Shown here piece by piece: positions 11,365-23,965 of a DNA stretch of 64,000 nt. The notes under the pieces were generated by a model. It searched no databases and was not told the origin of the DNA. It saw only the letters and a list, made by a program, of their open reading frames with translations. Position numbers and translations under genes: made by a program. Source of the stretch: Lophium mytilinum. Taxonomy: Eukaryota. Location of the stretch: NCBI GenBank assembly GCA_010093605.1, contig MU004181.1, positions 2,542,001 to 2,606,000 of the forward strand, written 5' to 3'. Numbering within the stretch: the first letter of the stretch is position 1; every line of letters begins with the position of its first letter.

Positions 11365-11722
11365 ACAGAGGAGGTATAAGACGAAAAGAGTGAAGAGCTC
11401 AAGTAACCTAAATTTGTGTATATATTTGCACTAAATCCTGTAAAATGGAGCGTTCCGAAGCTTACTTCTTAGAGACATTCAACCTGACGTAACGCTTGTA
11501 ACTAATTCATCTTCACTGTGAAACTCAGATACGGTGAAACTCTGCTGTCTCTTAGAGACGAGGTAATTCATGTAAATCAGCAGTACCTGGGTACTTCATG
11601 AGCCCACAAGCCCTTGCCTATCTAAATGTACAACCTCTACAGCACGCTCAGAGTTGCTAGCGTCGAGAATCGTGATCAGTGAAGCATCCTGAACGTAAGG
11701 TCTAGATCTCCTCCCTTACCCC

Positions 11723-13649
11723 CTAAACATGCCTCCTTCTCGCCCACTTAGTCAAATACTCTCTCCCAGCCAACCGATATGTATCTTCTTCCACATAACT
11801 ACCCCCTTGCTGCTTCGTCTGCAGCACTAAATTCAACCCCCTCTTCCCATCACTATACTTCGGCCATTTAGGCAACCCTTCCGCATTCGGACTCCCACCA
11901 TTGATAAAATTGACCCACTGCGCGCTCATCTGATCACTCAACTCCTTGTGCTCCGGCCACGGCCCGACAAACTGCGGATTCGCCATCACGAACGCTACCT
12001 CGCTGAAGTGCGCAACGCCCTTGTAGGCGGGTGCCAAGCTCCCCGTAAGATCGAGATACGTCGCGTTCGTGCTGTTGACGAAGGCGCGAGTGTTGAATCG
12101 GTAGATGTACGTAGGGCTGTACTTTGCGTAGTTGCGGGCATCACTGAGACGCGTTGCATGGTAGAATGCATCACCGAGAATGGCGGCGATCCGCTTGTAT
12201 TGATACCCCTTGTCTGCGAAGCGCTCGGCGCCCGTGTTGAGCGGAATACCGAGAGCAGGGTCGTCTGGGTAGAGTCGCATAATCTCGCGGACAGTGGAGG
12301 GCGGGAAGTCGAACCCTGTGCTGTTGAGAAGGTAGGAGTAGACATCGTCGTCCGTGTTGATGACGCCGTCGGCTGGGGCGTTGTCGGTACCCTCATCGCT
12401 GTTAGTTCCGTAGAGATGCGGGATATGGGCGAAGCGGCCAGACTGCAGGAGCTCGGTTGGGTAGTTGGGGATTATGTCGCCGTCGACGGTGGGATAGAAG
12501 CCGGGGCCGCCAACTTTGGAGCTGTCCAAGAAAGGGTATATAGTTTCGTACGGAATAGTGCGCAGACAGGCTAACGTGTCGATGGCCTCAGAGCAGTTTA
12601 CTTGGGATACGAGTGTGTTATAGATTGGTTGGTACCATGAAGAGCCGTTGTACCAGGCGGTAGTCGCACTACCAGATTCCTGAATGGAGCGGTGGAAGAG
12701 GCCTGAAGTTTGACCTCCATAGCTTAGGAGGAGTTGGCCCTAGAAAACCACATGAGCAGAGTTCACTAGATACACATTGGTGACGATGAGCGAAGTTCAC
12801 ATACAATTGCAAACGAGCCAGCCGATTCTCCCCATATGGTTACGCTGTCTTTGTCTCCACCAAACGCTGCTATGTTCTCGGAAATCCAGGCTAAGCCCTT
12901 TCGCATGTCTCGAAGAGCCAGATTGGTGTTTCCAGAGCCCTAGATCTAGATCAGCACTATTTGATAGAGGCAAGAAGAGGTCCCTTACCTGTACTTCAAT
13001 ACTATATAGCATACCCCAACCACCCTTCCGATAGTTTATAGAAGCGCCAATAATAGGCTTTCCGATCTCCACGGATCTTTGAACCAGGTATGTGAGATTG
13101 TAGTTCGGAATACCGCTAGTTCCCACTTGATAGCTGCATACATGTGACTCATTAGTAAAGAGCTCCTTCATAGTTTATTTGACGCTGAGAGAAAGGGCCA
13201 GTCTCAATGCATTCTTACGACCCGAGATGATATTTTGAGTTGGAAATCATCGGAAAAAGAACTGACCTTCCACCATGGATCCAGAGCACTACTGGCAGCT
13301 TCTCATATCCTTTCAATCCAGCCGGCTTCACGATATTGATACTAAGACAATCCTCGCTCATTCCATAAACCCCATCAGACGCCAGGTCATTATCAGGACA
13401 GGCATTTCCGTACTGCTTAGCAGCCCGAACTCCTTCCCACGACTCGTTCAGTCCCTGGGGAATCAGAAACCGATTTTGTCCGCCAGTGTCTTGGGCATAT
13501 GGAATGCCCAGGAAAAGTTCCTGCTTGAATTCAGGTAGAAACAGACCAGAATACGAGCCATTGATCACCTTAACGATTGGATCTGTAGCAAGAGTCACCG
13601 CAACGAGGTATGAGAGAGACAATGCCTTCCGGAGTAGCCGCGACCTCAT
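11723..13649 (-). CDS. Secreted type-B carboxylesterase/lipase, multi-exon
   Basis: Signal-peptide-like N-terminus, then FLGIPYA, SEDCLSINI, WIHGG, WGESAG (about 12815-12835), GTNSDEG and VAHFSEV. Confidence 0.93.
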
Positions 13650-14650
13650 GCTGGGCAGGTAAGTAGGATGCTAGCACAAGTGCTGGCAGCAGATTTGGAG
13701 ATCCTGGAAGGACGCTTGGGAGCGTCAAATGTATCACCACAAGTCTTGTCGGCCGGCCTAGCTTTTCTGCCGTAAACCAGCGTTGAAAGTGGCGTGCTCG
13801 GTATTACGGTTGCAAAGGAGGATGTACTCCGCTCTTGAGGCCAGGGATAGCTGCAGGTACGAACCACAACAAGGCAAGGATCAGCTGCAGAAGAGGCAGG
13901 TGGGATACCAGCACCATCGGAGATTCACAGTGCCGCTGCATTTTCGATCAGTGGAGACTGACTTTCGGTCGAATACTTGAGGATATGATCTTTGGATGTT
14001 CGATGTAGTTGAAGACACATGCGGGAGTATCTTTGGAGGACGCAGTGCAGAGCCTGGCTTTGAGACTGTATCATGGCAATCGCCATCCCAGCAAGATCCA
14101 AGTTCTTTGCTATAAATCTTGCCCCGATGCATATATGAACGAAGCACGAGCTCCTTGAGATGAATATTGATGAAATAGGAAAGCTACTTACACGAGACAT
14201 ATATGAGGCTGGTGAAAGCGACTGGCAGTTCTTCCTGTAAAGTCTCTCTAATTCAACGTGCAATTACAGTGGCAATCGTCCGGCAATACAGTTCTACTGA
14301 TAACAAAACCGGCAATAAATCCATCGCATTTCACAATAATAACCTGCATCTTGGATGATGTTTCGGGCCGTGGAAACGGTATCGTCGGAAGAGATCCATC
14401 GGGGACAGGGGTTGGTCATGCTTATCGATACTCCAGACTTCAGGATCCTTCCACTCCCTACCTACTACCATTCGCTGGACTCGGGATGAAAGCTGCCGTT
14501 CCTCTTCTTAGCTTGTCTAGAGTCAGTAGGGCCAGTGTTGATGAGGGGGGCGGATGAGGGGCTACTTGATGCGCCCATGGATGCTGTGATAAGGTGTGAC
14601 TCTTTCCACAGCTCTCCCCTCCTCGCGTTTCGGAACGAATCTAACAGATC

Positions 14651-16474
14651 ATGGCCGTATCAGAATCCTGGGAAGCCATTGCCGCTCGCAAACAACAAGA
14701 ACGCGATTCCAAGATACCCCCGCAATGGCGGATACCAACCTCTCTCCTTCCAAAGCCCGATGTCCTCGACGTCCACGATTTTCCAAAGACCTCCGGCTTC
14801 TTCACGGATAGGGAGCTGCTTGTGACCGAGTCCACGGCGTCCACAGCCGTCTCTAAGATCGCGTCGGGAGAATGGTCAGCTCTGGAGGTCACCGAGGCCG
14901 TCTGCAAGCGCGCCGCAGTCGCGCAGCAGTTGTTGAATTGCATCACCGAAATATACTTCGAAGAAGCCATCGCACGAGCGAAAGAGCTAGACGAGATATT
15001 CAAGCGGGATGGAAAGACGATTGGGCCACTGCACGGGCTCCCGATAAGTCTGAAGGTACGTTCAATTGCAACTAGATGGAAAGCCCTTTTGCTAATGCTG
15101 TGTACCTACTAGGACCAATTCAATATCAAGGGGCTGGATTCGACGATCGGCTATGTTTCGTACGCCGAGAAACCGGCTACCTCAGACTCAACGCTGGTGA
15201 CGGTCCTTGTCCAAGCTGGAGCGATTTTATACGTCAAGACGAACGTTCCAGCTACGCTGATGATGGGAGAATCCGTGAACAACGTTTTTGGTCGTACAAA
15301 GAACCCCCGGAATAGAGAGCTGACTTCTGGCGGATCTTCGGGGGGTGAGTCTTGCCTCGTGTCATTCCGGGGAAGTTTCATGGGTGTTGGGACGGATATC
15401 GGAGGCAGCATCCGCCATCCCTCATCGTTTACAGGCTTGACTGCGATGAGACCATCTCATGGACGAGTCTCATACCAAAACGCCGTCAACACGTACCTCG
15501 GCCAAGAAGCAGTGCGATCTTGTGCAGGGCCAATGTGCCGTTCAGTCTCTGATATTCGCCTTTTCATGTCTGCAGTCGCAAGCCAGACGCCATGGTTACT
15601 CGATCCTCAGACTCTGCCCATACCATGGAGGTCAGATGACGAGAAGCTACCCGAAAAGCTCTGCTTTGGTTTTGGAATGGGGGACGGAACTGTGATGCCC
15701 ACTCCTCCTCTCATGCGAGCCATGGAGCTCACCAAAGCAAAACTCATCGCTGCAGGCCATTCATTCATTGACTTCATTCCCTCTGAGCATATAGAAGCGG
15801 CAGATATCATCTCCAAGATGTGGGAGGCTGACTCTGGAGAGGAATTCCAACGCGACACGGATGTCTCGGGAGAGCCTCTACATCCGCAACTCGAGTCTTG
15901 GCTAGGCCACACTGCGGAAGTAGAGAAACAAAGCGTTTTTGACACCTGGCAGAATCAACATAAAAGGGCTCTGCTTGCACAGCGGTGGCTTGAAAAATGG
16001 CAAGCTACAGCATCGGAAACTGGGACCGGAAGACCAATAGACGGGCTCATTATGCCAAGCACACCGTTTCCTGCGCCCAGACACGATGCCGGGTATCCAG
16101 TAAGTAGCAGGTCGACGACTGGGATCGATGGATAGCTAACATCTTCAGCACCATTGGGGCGCGTTATCCCCTCTCCTGGACCTGACTACTGGTGTCTTCC
16201 CGGTCACTCAGGTCAATCTGAAGAAGGACGTGATACCAGCAGACTGGAAACCAATCTCAGATACTGATGAGAAGGTGTGGAAGTACTGTGAGTCGCCTCA
16301 TTACGCTCGCGAGATACCAGTGCAAAACTGACACAAGTTTCTTGGAAAGACGGGAAGCCAGAAAACCACGAGAATGCTTTGGTCGGGCTTACCGTCATTG
16401 GGCGCAGACTCGAAGAGGAGAAAGTTACGGCAATGCTGGATGTCATCAACAAAGCTGTGGGTATAGATTATTGA
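14651..16474 (+). CDS. Amidase signature family enzyme (acetamidase/general amidase-like), multi-exon
   Basis: Motifs GPLHGLPISLKD, GGSSGGE and GTDIGGSIR. The last exon GRRLEEEKV ends at TGA 16472-16474. Confidence 0.93.
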
Positions 16475-17084
16475 AGCACTGCCGCTTGCACTTGCTTTGG
16501 TAATATGTCAACGACTCAATCCATCGCGTCTGAGCCATTCTTCGTTGACTTGACTTACCTTGAACTGAGTATCATTCTCCCCCCCTCATCAATCTTGAAG
16601 CACGCCACAGAGTGTCGAACAGTGTTGTAGGATATTTTGCTTCTTCAAGCCTTTAATTTGTATTTCTCCTTAGCGGAGTCGACTTTTGGGCCACACTACA
16701 TTGACCTTCGCCAGGCCGTGTTACATGGATGAACACGATGTAAGAAGCACCAGTATTTCCACTCCGCAACTTGCTCGACAACCTTCTGAGAGAATACCGA
16801 CAGATTTTCCACATGATAGCGCGTGACGAGTATCACGAAATAAGTATATCGTACATTTGTTTCCGTCGTGAATGGACCCACGATCGTGGCCGCTCGGCAT
16901 GAACAGAAACTATACATATCTGCGTTTCCAATGGTCAGCATAGTAAAGGAGAACGGGGAAAGTTCGTACCCATAAGATGCGTCGTGTTAAATCGTATTAG
17001 ACTCCCGTTGAGTCTTTAGAGTGGTTCCCAGATTATGACCACAGGTGAGGAAGGTCTCTCTCACAGTCGGAGGACCGTCGAACT

Positions 17085-18227
17085 TCAATGGTAAGAGTTC
17101 GAGGCCTGGTACGAGTTCGAGCCTCCGATGGTCTGAGCGCCAGCACGGCTGTCGTAAGCCAGGCCATTAGGGCTCTGAGTTCTGCCATCATATGTCAGAG
17201 AAGGGCGTGGCCAGAGCATGAAAGCAGGCATGGAAGGCTGCGAGTAGACAGAGCTACCAAGGACGCGGAACTGCTGATGAGCCTGATACATAGAGTTCCA
17301 CATCGGGCAATGAATAGGGCAGGTGCATTGCATAGGGTATGGATTTGGAGTTGAGTATGGATTCGGAGTTGAGTATGGATTTGGGGCTGAGTAGGGGTAG
17401 TTTTGAACAAGAGAGTGGTCGGGATAGAACCCCATAGGGTGGTAGGGAAGTATAGGTCGTGATTGCATGGCAGGCTGATTGAGAATAGGGACTGAATACG
17501 AAATAGGAGGGAGGTCATCGAACATGCTTGTCCTCGGGCGTCAGATAATGGGAAGTAGTGAGCAAACTGTCGCATACCTGAGTATCTTTGGCTCCCTCAC
17601 AACGTCCTCAACATCCGCAGTATCGGCTTCACTGTGGCTTCTCTTTGTACCCTTCTTCAAGGCAACTCCTTCGTCGTTCTGCCGGGGCTTCTTCGCCTTG
17701 CCCGCCGCCTGCACAGCAATCTGCTCGCCACCATCGGAGTCTACATCTCTGTAGGGTTCTTTCTCCTTTTCAGTAGAGGCCCCTCCTTTCTTTTCATTCT
17801 GCTGACGTGTGTCTTCATCACCGAGGCGGTTCATGGTTTCAAGAAGGCCCTTGTCGCCGAAGTTGTGCGGCTGTCCAGCGGTGTACTTGCTCAGCGCCTG
17901 CTTCATTCTGGCCACCTTCTCATCACCCATTCCGCCTTCCTCGCAACGACGATACACACGCTTGATGAGCTTGATATGAGACTCCTCGATGGTGCAACCC
18001 AATTTCATGGCGAGGACTGCAAGCATCACGATCTCGTACCGCGGCTGCGGGCGCATCTTCTGGCGTCTGTCGAACATCGCCTTGAGCAGGCCGTCATTGA
18101 GCTTGTCAACAGTGACGGCGGGGTCATCGGGAAACATAAGGTCCTCGACGCCAGCTTCGTCGGCGAGGTCGGCTGCGATGTCGTAGTCATAGTCGGACTC
18201 GAGGAAGTTGAAGCCCCAGGCACCCAT
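17085..18227 (-). CDS. Hypothetical protein with an MGAWG N-terminal helical domain (DUF4259-like) and a Pro/Tyr-rich tail, 2 exons
   Basis: ATG at 18227 (MGAWGFNFLESDYDYD). A GTATGC...CTGAC...AAG intron at about 17527-17577 joins it in frame to the 17085-17525 ORF. Confidence 0.65.
17337..17390. repeat. 3 x 18-bp coding tandem repeat (YS[AT]PNP)
   Basis: Units gtatggatttggagttga, gtatggattcggagttga and gtatggatttggggctga. Confidence 0.85.
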
Positions 18228-18960
18228 CCTGAGTTTCAGTGACGTGAGCGTAGTGTGCGTACTGACAGAGAAGTCTCTGAGAAGAGTTACACTGGATGAG
18301 AATGGTGAGGCGAGCGAAGGGAGAGATGGGAGTGATAGGAGAGATGAGATGGAATGACGCATGTTGAGGTTGAAATAAGCTATCCCCTAAGTCCGCCAAG
18401 GTGACCACGTGAGCGTCGCAACACTCCCTCCATCTCAAAGACTACTCAATAAGAAGCCGAGAGATGAGTATAAAGAGCTCAAGTAACAAGCACTGATGTT
18501 GCCGCTTGGATATGGGACATATTGATTCATATTGGCCGCCTTATTGTCCAACTGGATCAAGCTCGAAGTTAGCGAGGATCTAAGGCACGATGACCAACTG
18601 TTGAATCTTGTATTAGGGCAGGATGATAGATAAGTATCTTGCTGTTGGTAACGGTTCGTGCGTGGCATTATTAATCCTACTGCATTAGGTATGCTCCTCA
18701 CAAATTATGTCTCTCTCCCTACTGCATATCGTTTTCTACAACCCACCCTCAACCCAACTCGTCCAAAAGCCAGATCGATGGATCCAATGTCCAAATGTAC
18801 AGACTCCAAAACATGTGAAAACCAACAGTCCAAAAAACTCCGCGGTATGAAGGGCTGAGTCTTCTACTGCGTGCCGCTGAGCAAACCCTGGCAATATCAT
18901 TCAGCATATTTGTCTCCAACAAAGGTGTAAGAATAGCAATGAATCATGTAAGCTCTTGGC

Positions 18961-21749
18961 TTACGAGACTTGAACAAACTGCCCAATGGCAGGGACTCCG
19001 TCCACCAACACATAGACCACGTATGGCCCAGGCGGCGCAATGTTTCGAGTGGGTGGCATATTGACGGTCAGTTGTTGCGCTGAAGCCCCAGCTTTGAATC
19101 CGGTGCTGTCGAGAAAAGCCATTCGGTGACCCATGTGTACTGAGTGTGTCACAAATCCACCATGGTAAAGTGCAACTTTGACACCCTTCGCATTCGTGGG
19201 TGCATTGAACTGGATCCCAAACGATGACCCATCCGCCTGGAGAGTCGTGGATGTCAATTTGACACCTGTGGGGCGCCTTTTAGCAGCATCTCCTTGCAAG
19301 TACGGAGGTGTGTATATCTCAACTCGGAATTCGGTGATAAAAGGGATTTGTGGCGACGACGAAAGCACAGGTTGCTCGACTGGGTTTGATCCGGCAATCA
19401 TGAGGGTGCCATCGAGGAGTAGTAAGGCGACCGAGTGATACAGACGTGGTATGTCAGTACTTGCGCCAGTTGTCCAGCGTTGGCCGAGGCTTTTAGCCGG
19501 ATCGTAAATGAGAGCCTCAAAGGTTGGCCCGGCTGCGAGACCAAAACCTTGGGCTCCTTTGTTGCATCCGTTCAAGAAGATTACTGTACCGTCCGGAAGC
19601 AATGTGCCTTCGACCATACCTCGGCCTTCGGGCATGCTGTCCATCTCCCAGGATGGGTTGGTATCAAGCGGTCGTATACGTCCGCAAGAGGGATCCGTTG
19701 GAGAGGTGATGTCCTGGTAGGCTCCACCGCCGCAAATAATAACGTCTGGATTCCACTGAGAGTCGCTGGATAGTGGCAAGAGGACCGAGCCACCAGTGTT
19801 GGGGTATGTGCGGAAGTCTCCGGGCAGGTCAGCAAAATTGCGGATGGTCTTGCCAGTTGAAACGTTGAAAAGCTCCGATGACTTGGAAACAAACACAAAT
19901 AGTGAGCCATCATTTAGCAGATGCATGAAGGGATACATGTAGTAGGGTTGGGTCTTCACGAGAATATCCATGGAGATACTGTTGCCGTTTGAGATACCTG
20001 AACGATCAAGAATCTCGTACGTGGGATTGTTGTTCGCTTTGACACTGGGATCGAGGCCGTTCAGGCTGCCTGATGCGACAAATATAGTACCATCCGGCAT
20101 GATTTGCGCCGATGGATACCATCTTGCCGTATTAAGCTTATTTCCAGGCTCATTCCAGTCCTTTCCATTGAGCGAATCATCTGTTGCCGACCTATTGAGG
20201 TAGCGGATGCCCGTGAAGCCGTCGCCAACAGTCGGATCCATCCAAGCCAAGGGAGCATTGCCACCAAGTGCAAGAAACTGTCCGTCCGCCAGAAAGATAC
20301 CGCCAGCACAAAATGCGTTCGTTTTGTAGGCTAGAGGGACAACAGAGTTATCTTGAGGATTGAACTCCGAGGAGTACGCGAATTGGCCATTGGGTAGCTT
20401 GAGATCGGTGAAATTTTCGACCTTATCTAGGAAGACGACACGGCCATTGGGTAAGAGACCAGCATGCATAGCAGGCACGCCAGACTTTCCAACCACTTTA
20501 AAAGATCCGGGATTAGGGTTCGCAGGTGCGGGGCTCGGTCCAGGGGCGGGGACCACGGGGCCTCCAAGACAAGGTCCAGACTGACAGCCGTCACCGCAAT
20601 GTGCGGTCGTGTTCCCACAATAGCCATACATTGAACAACATGCTCCTTGGTTCCAATCTCCGCAGACAGTGCCGCCGAAGTTGACACCACAAGAACCATC
20701 AGTAGTAGGCTTCCCAGTAGCAGAGGGATTCGCGGAGATGGTTGACGATGGCTTGCCAAGAACTGGTTCACCGGATGTGGTTACTGAGGGGGGAGTGCTA
20801 GAGACAGGAGGTGTGCATCCACTCTGGCACCCCACGCCGCAATGATCCGGAGTGGTGCCGCAGTATCTAGAAAACATCAATAAGCGAAAGCGAATAGCTA
20901 AGGTATCATATCACTCACCCATACTGTGAACAGCAGCCTCCGTATTCTCCATTTGGGTCACAAGTCGCTCCGCCGAAATCCTTTCCGCATTGTCCAGGCG
21001 GGGGGCTTGAAGAAGGCTCGGCAACTTTGCTAACAGAAGTTGGGACGGTTGTGGTGCTGCAGTCGCTCTGACAACCATTTGCAGGCAAACAGTAATCATC
21101 AGTGCTTCCGCAGTATCCGTATTGACTACACAGTGTTACTATGCGCCTTAGATCTTGGATTTCCAACTCACCTGCAGCATCTACCTTCGGGTTTATTGGG
21201 ATCGCAAACCGCTCCACCAAAGCCTGAGCCACAACGACCATCTAGCCTCGGGGAAGCAACTGAAGCGCTAGGGACCGCAGGGGCCTTATTGACGGGTATT
21301 GATCTACACCCCGACGAACAGCCCTTTCCACAGTGAGCTGGAGTACTTCCGCACTACCCATGATTAGCCATTGTGAGCCCATACTACAGTGGATATGTTT
21401 TACCCATCCGTATTCACTACAGCACGCGAGAGGTCCGAGACACAACGTGTTCCCATAGTTCGGTCCGCATCTTTGGTCGCCTCGCTCTTCTAGTATAGCT
21501 ACGTCACGTCGAAACGATCGAGGGTAGAGGTCTTCGGTTGCAAGAACCGCTTTGCAGCTATTTCGTAATTTAGATTGGTTCCTAAACGAAGGGGATCGCT
21601 CACATGTTTGTTTCGGTGCACCGCTGACCGCGCAGACACGAGCTATGCTCTACCGATGAGTAATTGCATGTCGGCTGTACCCAGTGAAATTTTATGTTGG
21701 CCGTTACGATACCGACGAAGACTGCGATGGAAAGGGTTGAAATTCGCAT
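18961..21749 (-). CDS. Secreted AA5 copper radical oxidase (glyoxal oxidase-like) with four N-terminal CBM18 chitin-binding modules
   Basis: Signal peptide MRISTLSIAVFVGIVTA starts at ATG 21749. Four CCS-x-YG-[WY]-CG hevein repeats are split over small exons. The catalytic domain has NAFCAGG, RWYPS, RTYPNTG, RLYHS and THS, and ends PPGPYVVYVLVDGVP. Confidence 0.92.
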
Positions 21750-22717
21750 AATGAAGATCTGTGTGATGTATCTTGTAAGTCAGTTATGATTGCAACCTGC
21801 CTGGAACCGGACTCAGACAATCCAAAAGCTAATCCAAACCCGGTACGAAGGACGACGCGCCGACGGTAAGAACAGATCGCGTGCAAAGCGAGTGATGCAT
21901 GTAGATCTGTTGAACCGCAAGATGAAGGCACTGGATGAAAACTTAGAGAGAGAGATGCTCTTGACTATCTGAAATAGCAGGGTCCGGGTGCTCTTTCGTT
22001 CTTAGGCGCAAGATATCGATGGCAGATCGATGAAAGGCAAGACCTACCTAGATCAGTTCCCGAGACTTCTTTCGTAAAAGAAAGATGCTATCAAGGAGGC
22101 TGCTGCGGCGATATTGGAAGTTGATTTACACGCTCAATATTCGGCAGTGAAGTATGGAGTACAAGAAGATGAGCCTTCGACGGAATGGTACTCAGGAGAT
22201 GCAAGGCAGCGTAATTTATAGCGAGGGGCCGGCAGATACCCCTAGATGTCGTTGACAAGAGGTGTGGCCTACAGCAGAGATGGAACGAATGACGGCTTCA
22301 AAGCGAACGGCGGCGGTGAACGTTCATCAAGACTAGATCGTGCTAACATTTAACAATGCAGGGTCAAGAACGAGACAGAGAAAACTAAGAAGCTTGATTG
22401 CAGACAGCTAGGGTAGCTAAGCATGGTGGCCCAAGACACGCATGCGGGAGGCTCCCAGCATGGCTGACCCGTGCCGTATCCCGTCCGTCAAGCAGCTCTA
22501 CGACCCACTTAACCATTACCTGGTCACTGCATTGATCGTTTTGGAGATTGTCGTGACAGCTCTAACCCAATATAGCCAATGACAAGGTCCGCGATGTTGA
22601 GTGTCGTGTCGCATCTGGCACTAAAATCTGCAGATGGATCTATCCTGATCATAGGACCGAAGCCTTCATAGGGGCTGGAAAGGTGTTTGCATGTTCGTAT
22701 CGGATCCCGACAAGCCC

Positions 22718-23005
22718 TTAAATGAAGTATTGGGCCAGTTTGTGTTCCCATGAGGCATATCCGGGGCTGAAAGCCTGCCGGGGGATGCGGAAGGGGCGTA
22801 AAGAGGCCAGCGATTCTTGATATGTCATTCGGCGAACTACATCCAGAGTAACAGTTGGATTACCTGAGCAAAAGGGGAGTTGCTTCGATGCCTCAGGGAT
22901 ATCGTGTTGTGTTGAGGGGAAGTTGTCGTTGACGGCGACGTTGGCTAGTGGGTCAGCCCGGCAGCTTAATAATAGACAGGCTATCAGGAACAGGTCTAGC
23001 TTCAT
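22718..23005 (-). CDS. Possible small secreted protein (or gene relic)
   Basis: Signal-peptide-like start MKLDLFLIACLLLSCRA, 95 codons, with a possible in-frame 48-nt GTAATC...AAG intron. No family recognised. Confidence 0.35.
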   Translation of the reverse strand: MKLDLFLIACLLLSCRADPLANVAVNDNFPSTQHDIPEASKQLPFCSGNPTVTLDVVRRMTYQESLASLRPFRIPRQAFSPGYASWEHKLAQYFI

Positions 23006-23404
23006 CGAACTCCTTTCCGTTGCAAAAACACTGGTACAGCATTCGTTATCCCACCACTTGAAGGGCTCCAGGCCGGTATCAATATATTTTCTGAGGTACC
23101 AATGTCACGCCCGGCCCGCTCCGTAAACCCACTGCCGCGAACTTGGTCGTCGACTTGCGTTGCAACCACGAGAAGCCACGATGCCCCGAAGTACACAAAC
23201 CACCATCCTGTGGTTACAGTGAAAGAGTCACAGTCGTACAGAGAAAACTATCTAGCGAACGCATCATAACAATCACCCGATGCAACACAATCATGAATCT
23301 GCTCCCCCCATCAAACGCCGCCTAGAACTGCTCCGATCCTTGACCCTCATATTCTATCGTCACCACTTCGCATCTTTCGCTGCTGCGAATAGGCACCTCA
23401 ACAC

Positions 23405-23965
23405 CTAACTGAATGCGAAACATCCTCTCGCATGCGCTGGAAGTCTCCTCCTATTCGGGCTTCTCGCGCAGAACGGGCATATCGTCGACTCCCTCCGTTG
23501 CAACACCACCTCGAAGACATAGCACTTGCCGCTCTCCCCAAGATTGTTCTGGTTAATATCCGACATCTTTCCAATCTGCTCCATGGCAATGGGAATCAGC
23601 TCCCCGGTTTTGGCGTCTCTGGCACATGTGCTGGGGTTGTTCTCGATGGTGTAGGTGCTTCTACCTGGTGAAGACAGGTCAATCGTTGGCACGGCCAAAC
23701 GGGGTCGCGGCGTGTCGTTGCTGCTGGACCTCGAAGAGCTGGTTGAAGACAGTGTATTGGGAGTAGCATGGCAGGTGCGTGGTGACAGATCTGGTTCTGA
23801 CGGCGGTGGGCATGGCAAAGGTCGGCCGTGCGGTCTCACGAACTGGTGCAGCGGGTTCAGCAGGTTGCTTGTATCGTGAACGGCCCGGTCGAAGCTGCAA
23901 GAGGAGTATTTGGTGAAAAAACTATCGCCGCATTTCCACTTTGGTTCCAGGTCAGTGTAAGTCAT
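23405..23965 (-). CDS. Hypothetical protein with a C-terminal C2HC zinc-finger pattern
   Basis: 186-aa ATG ORF ending CPFCARSPNRRRLPAHARGC (C-X2-C-X11-H-X3-C). Confidence 0.5.
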   Translation of the reverse strand: MTYTDLEPKWKCGDSFFTKYSSCSFDRAVHDTSNLLNPLHQFVRPHGRPLPCPPPSEPDLSPRTCHATPNTLSSTSSSRSSSNDTPRPRLAVPTIDLSSPGRSTYTIENNPSTCARDAKTGELIPIAMEQIGKMSDINQNNLGESGKCYVFEVVLQRRESTICPFCARSPNRRRLPAHARGCFAFS

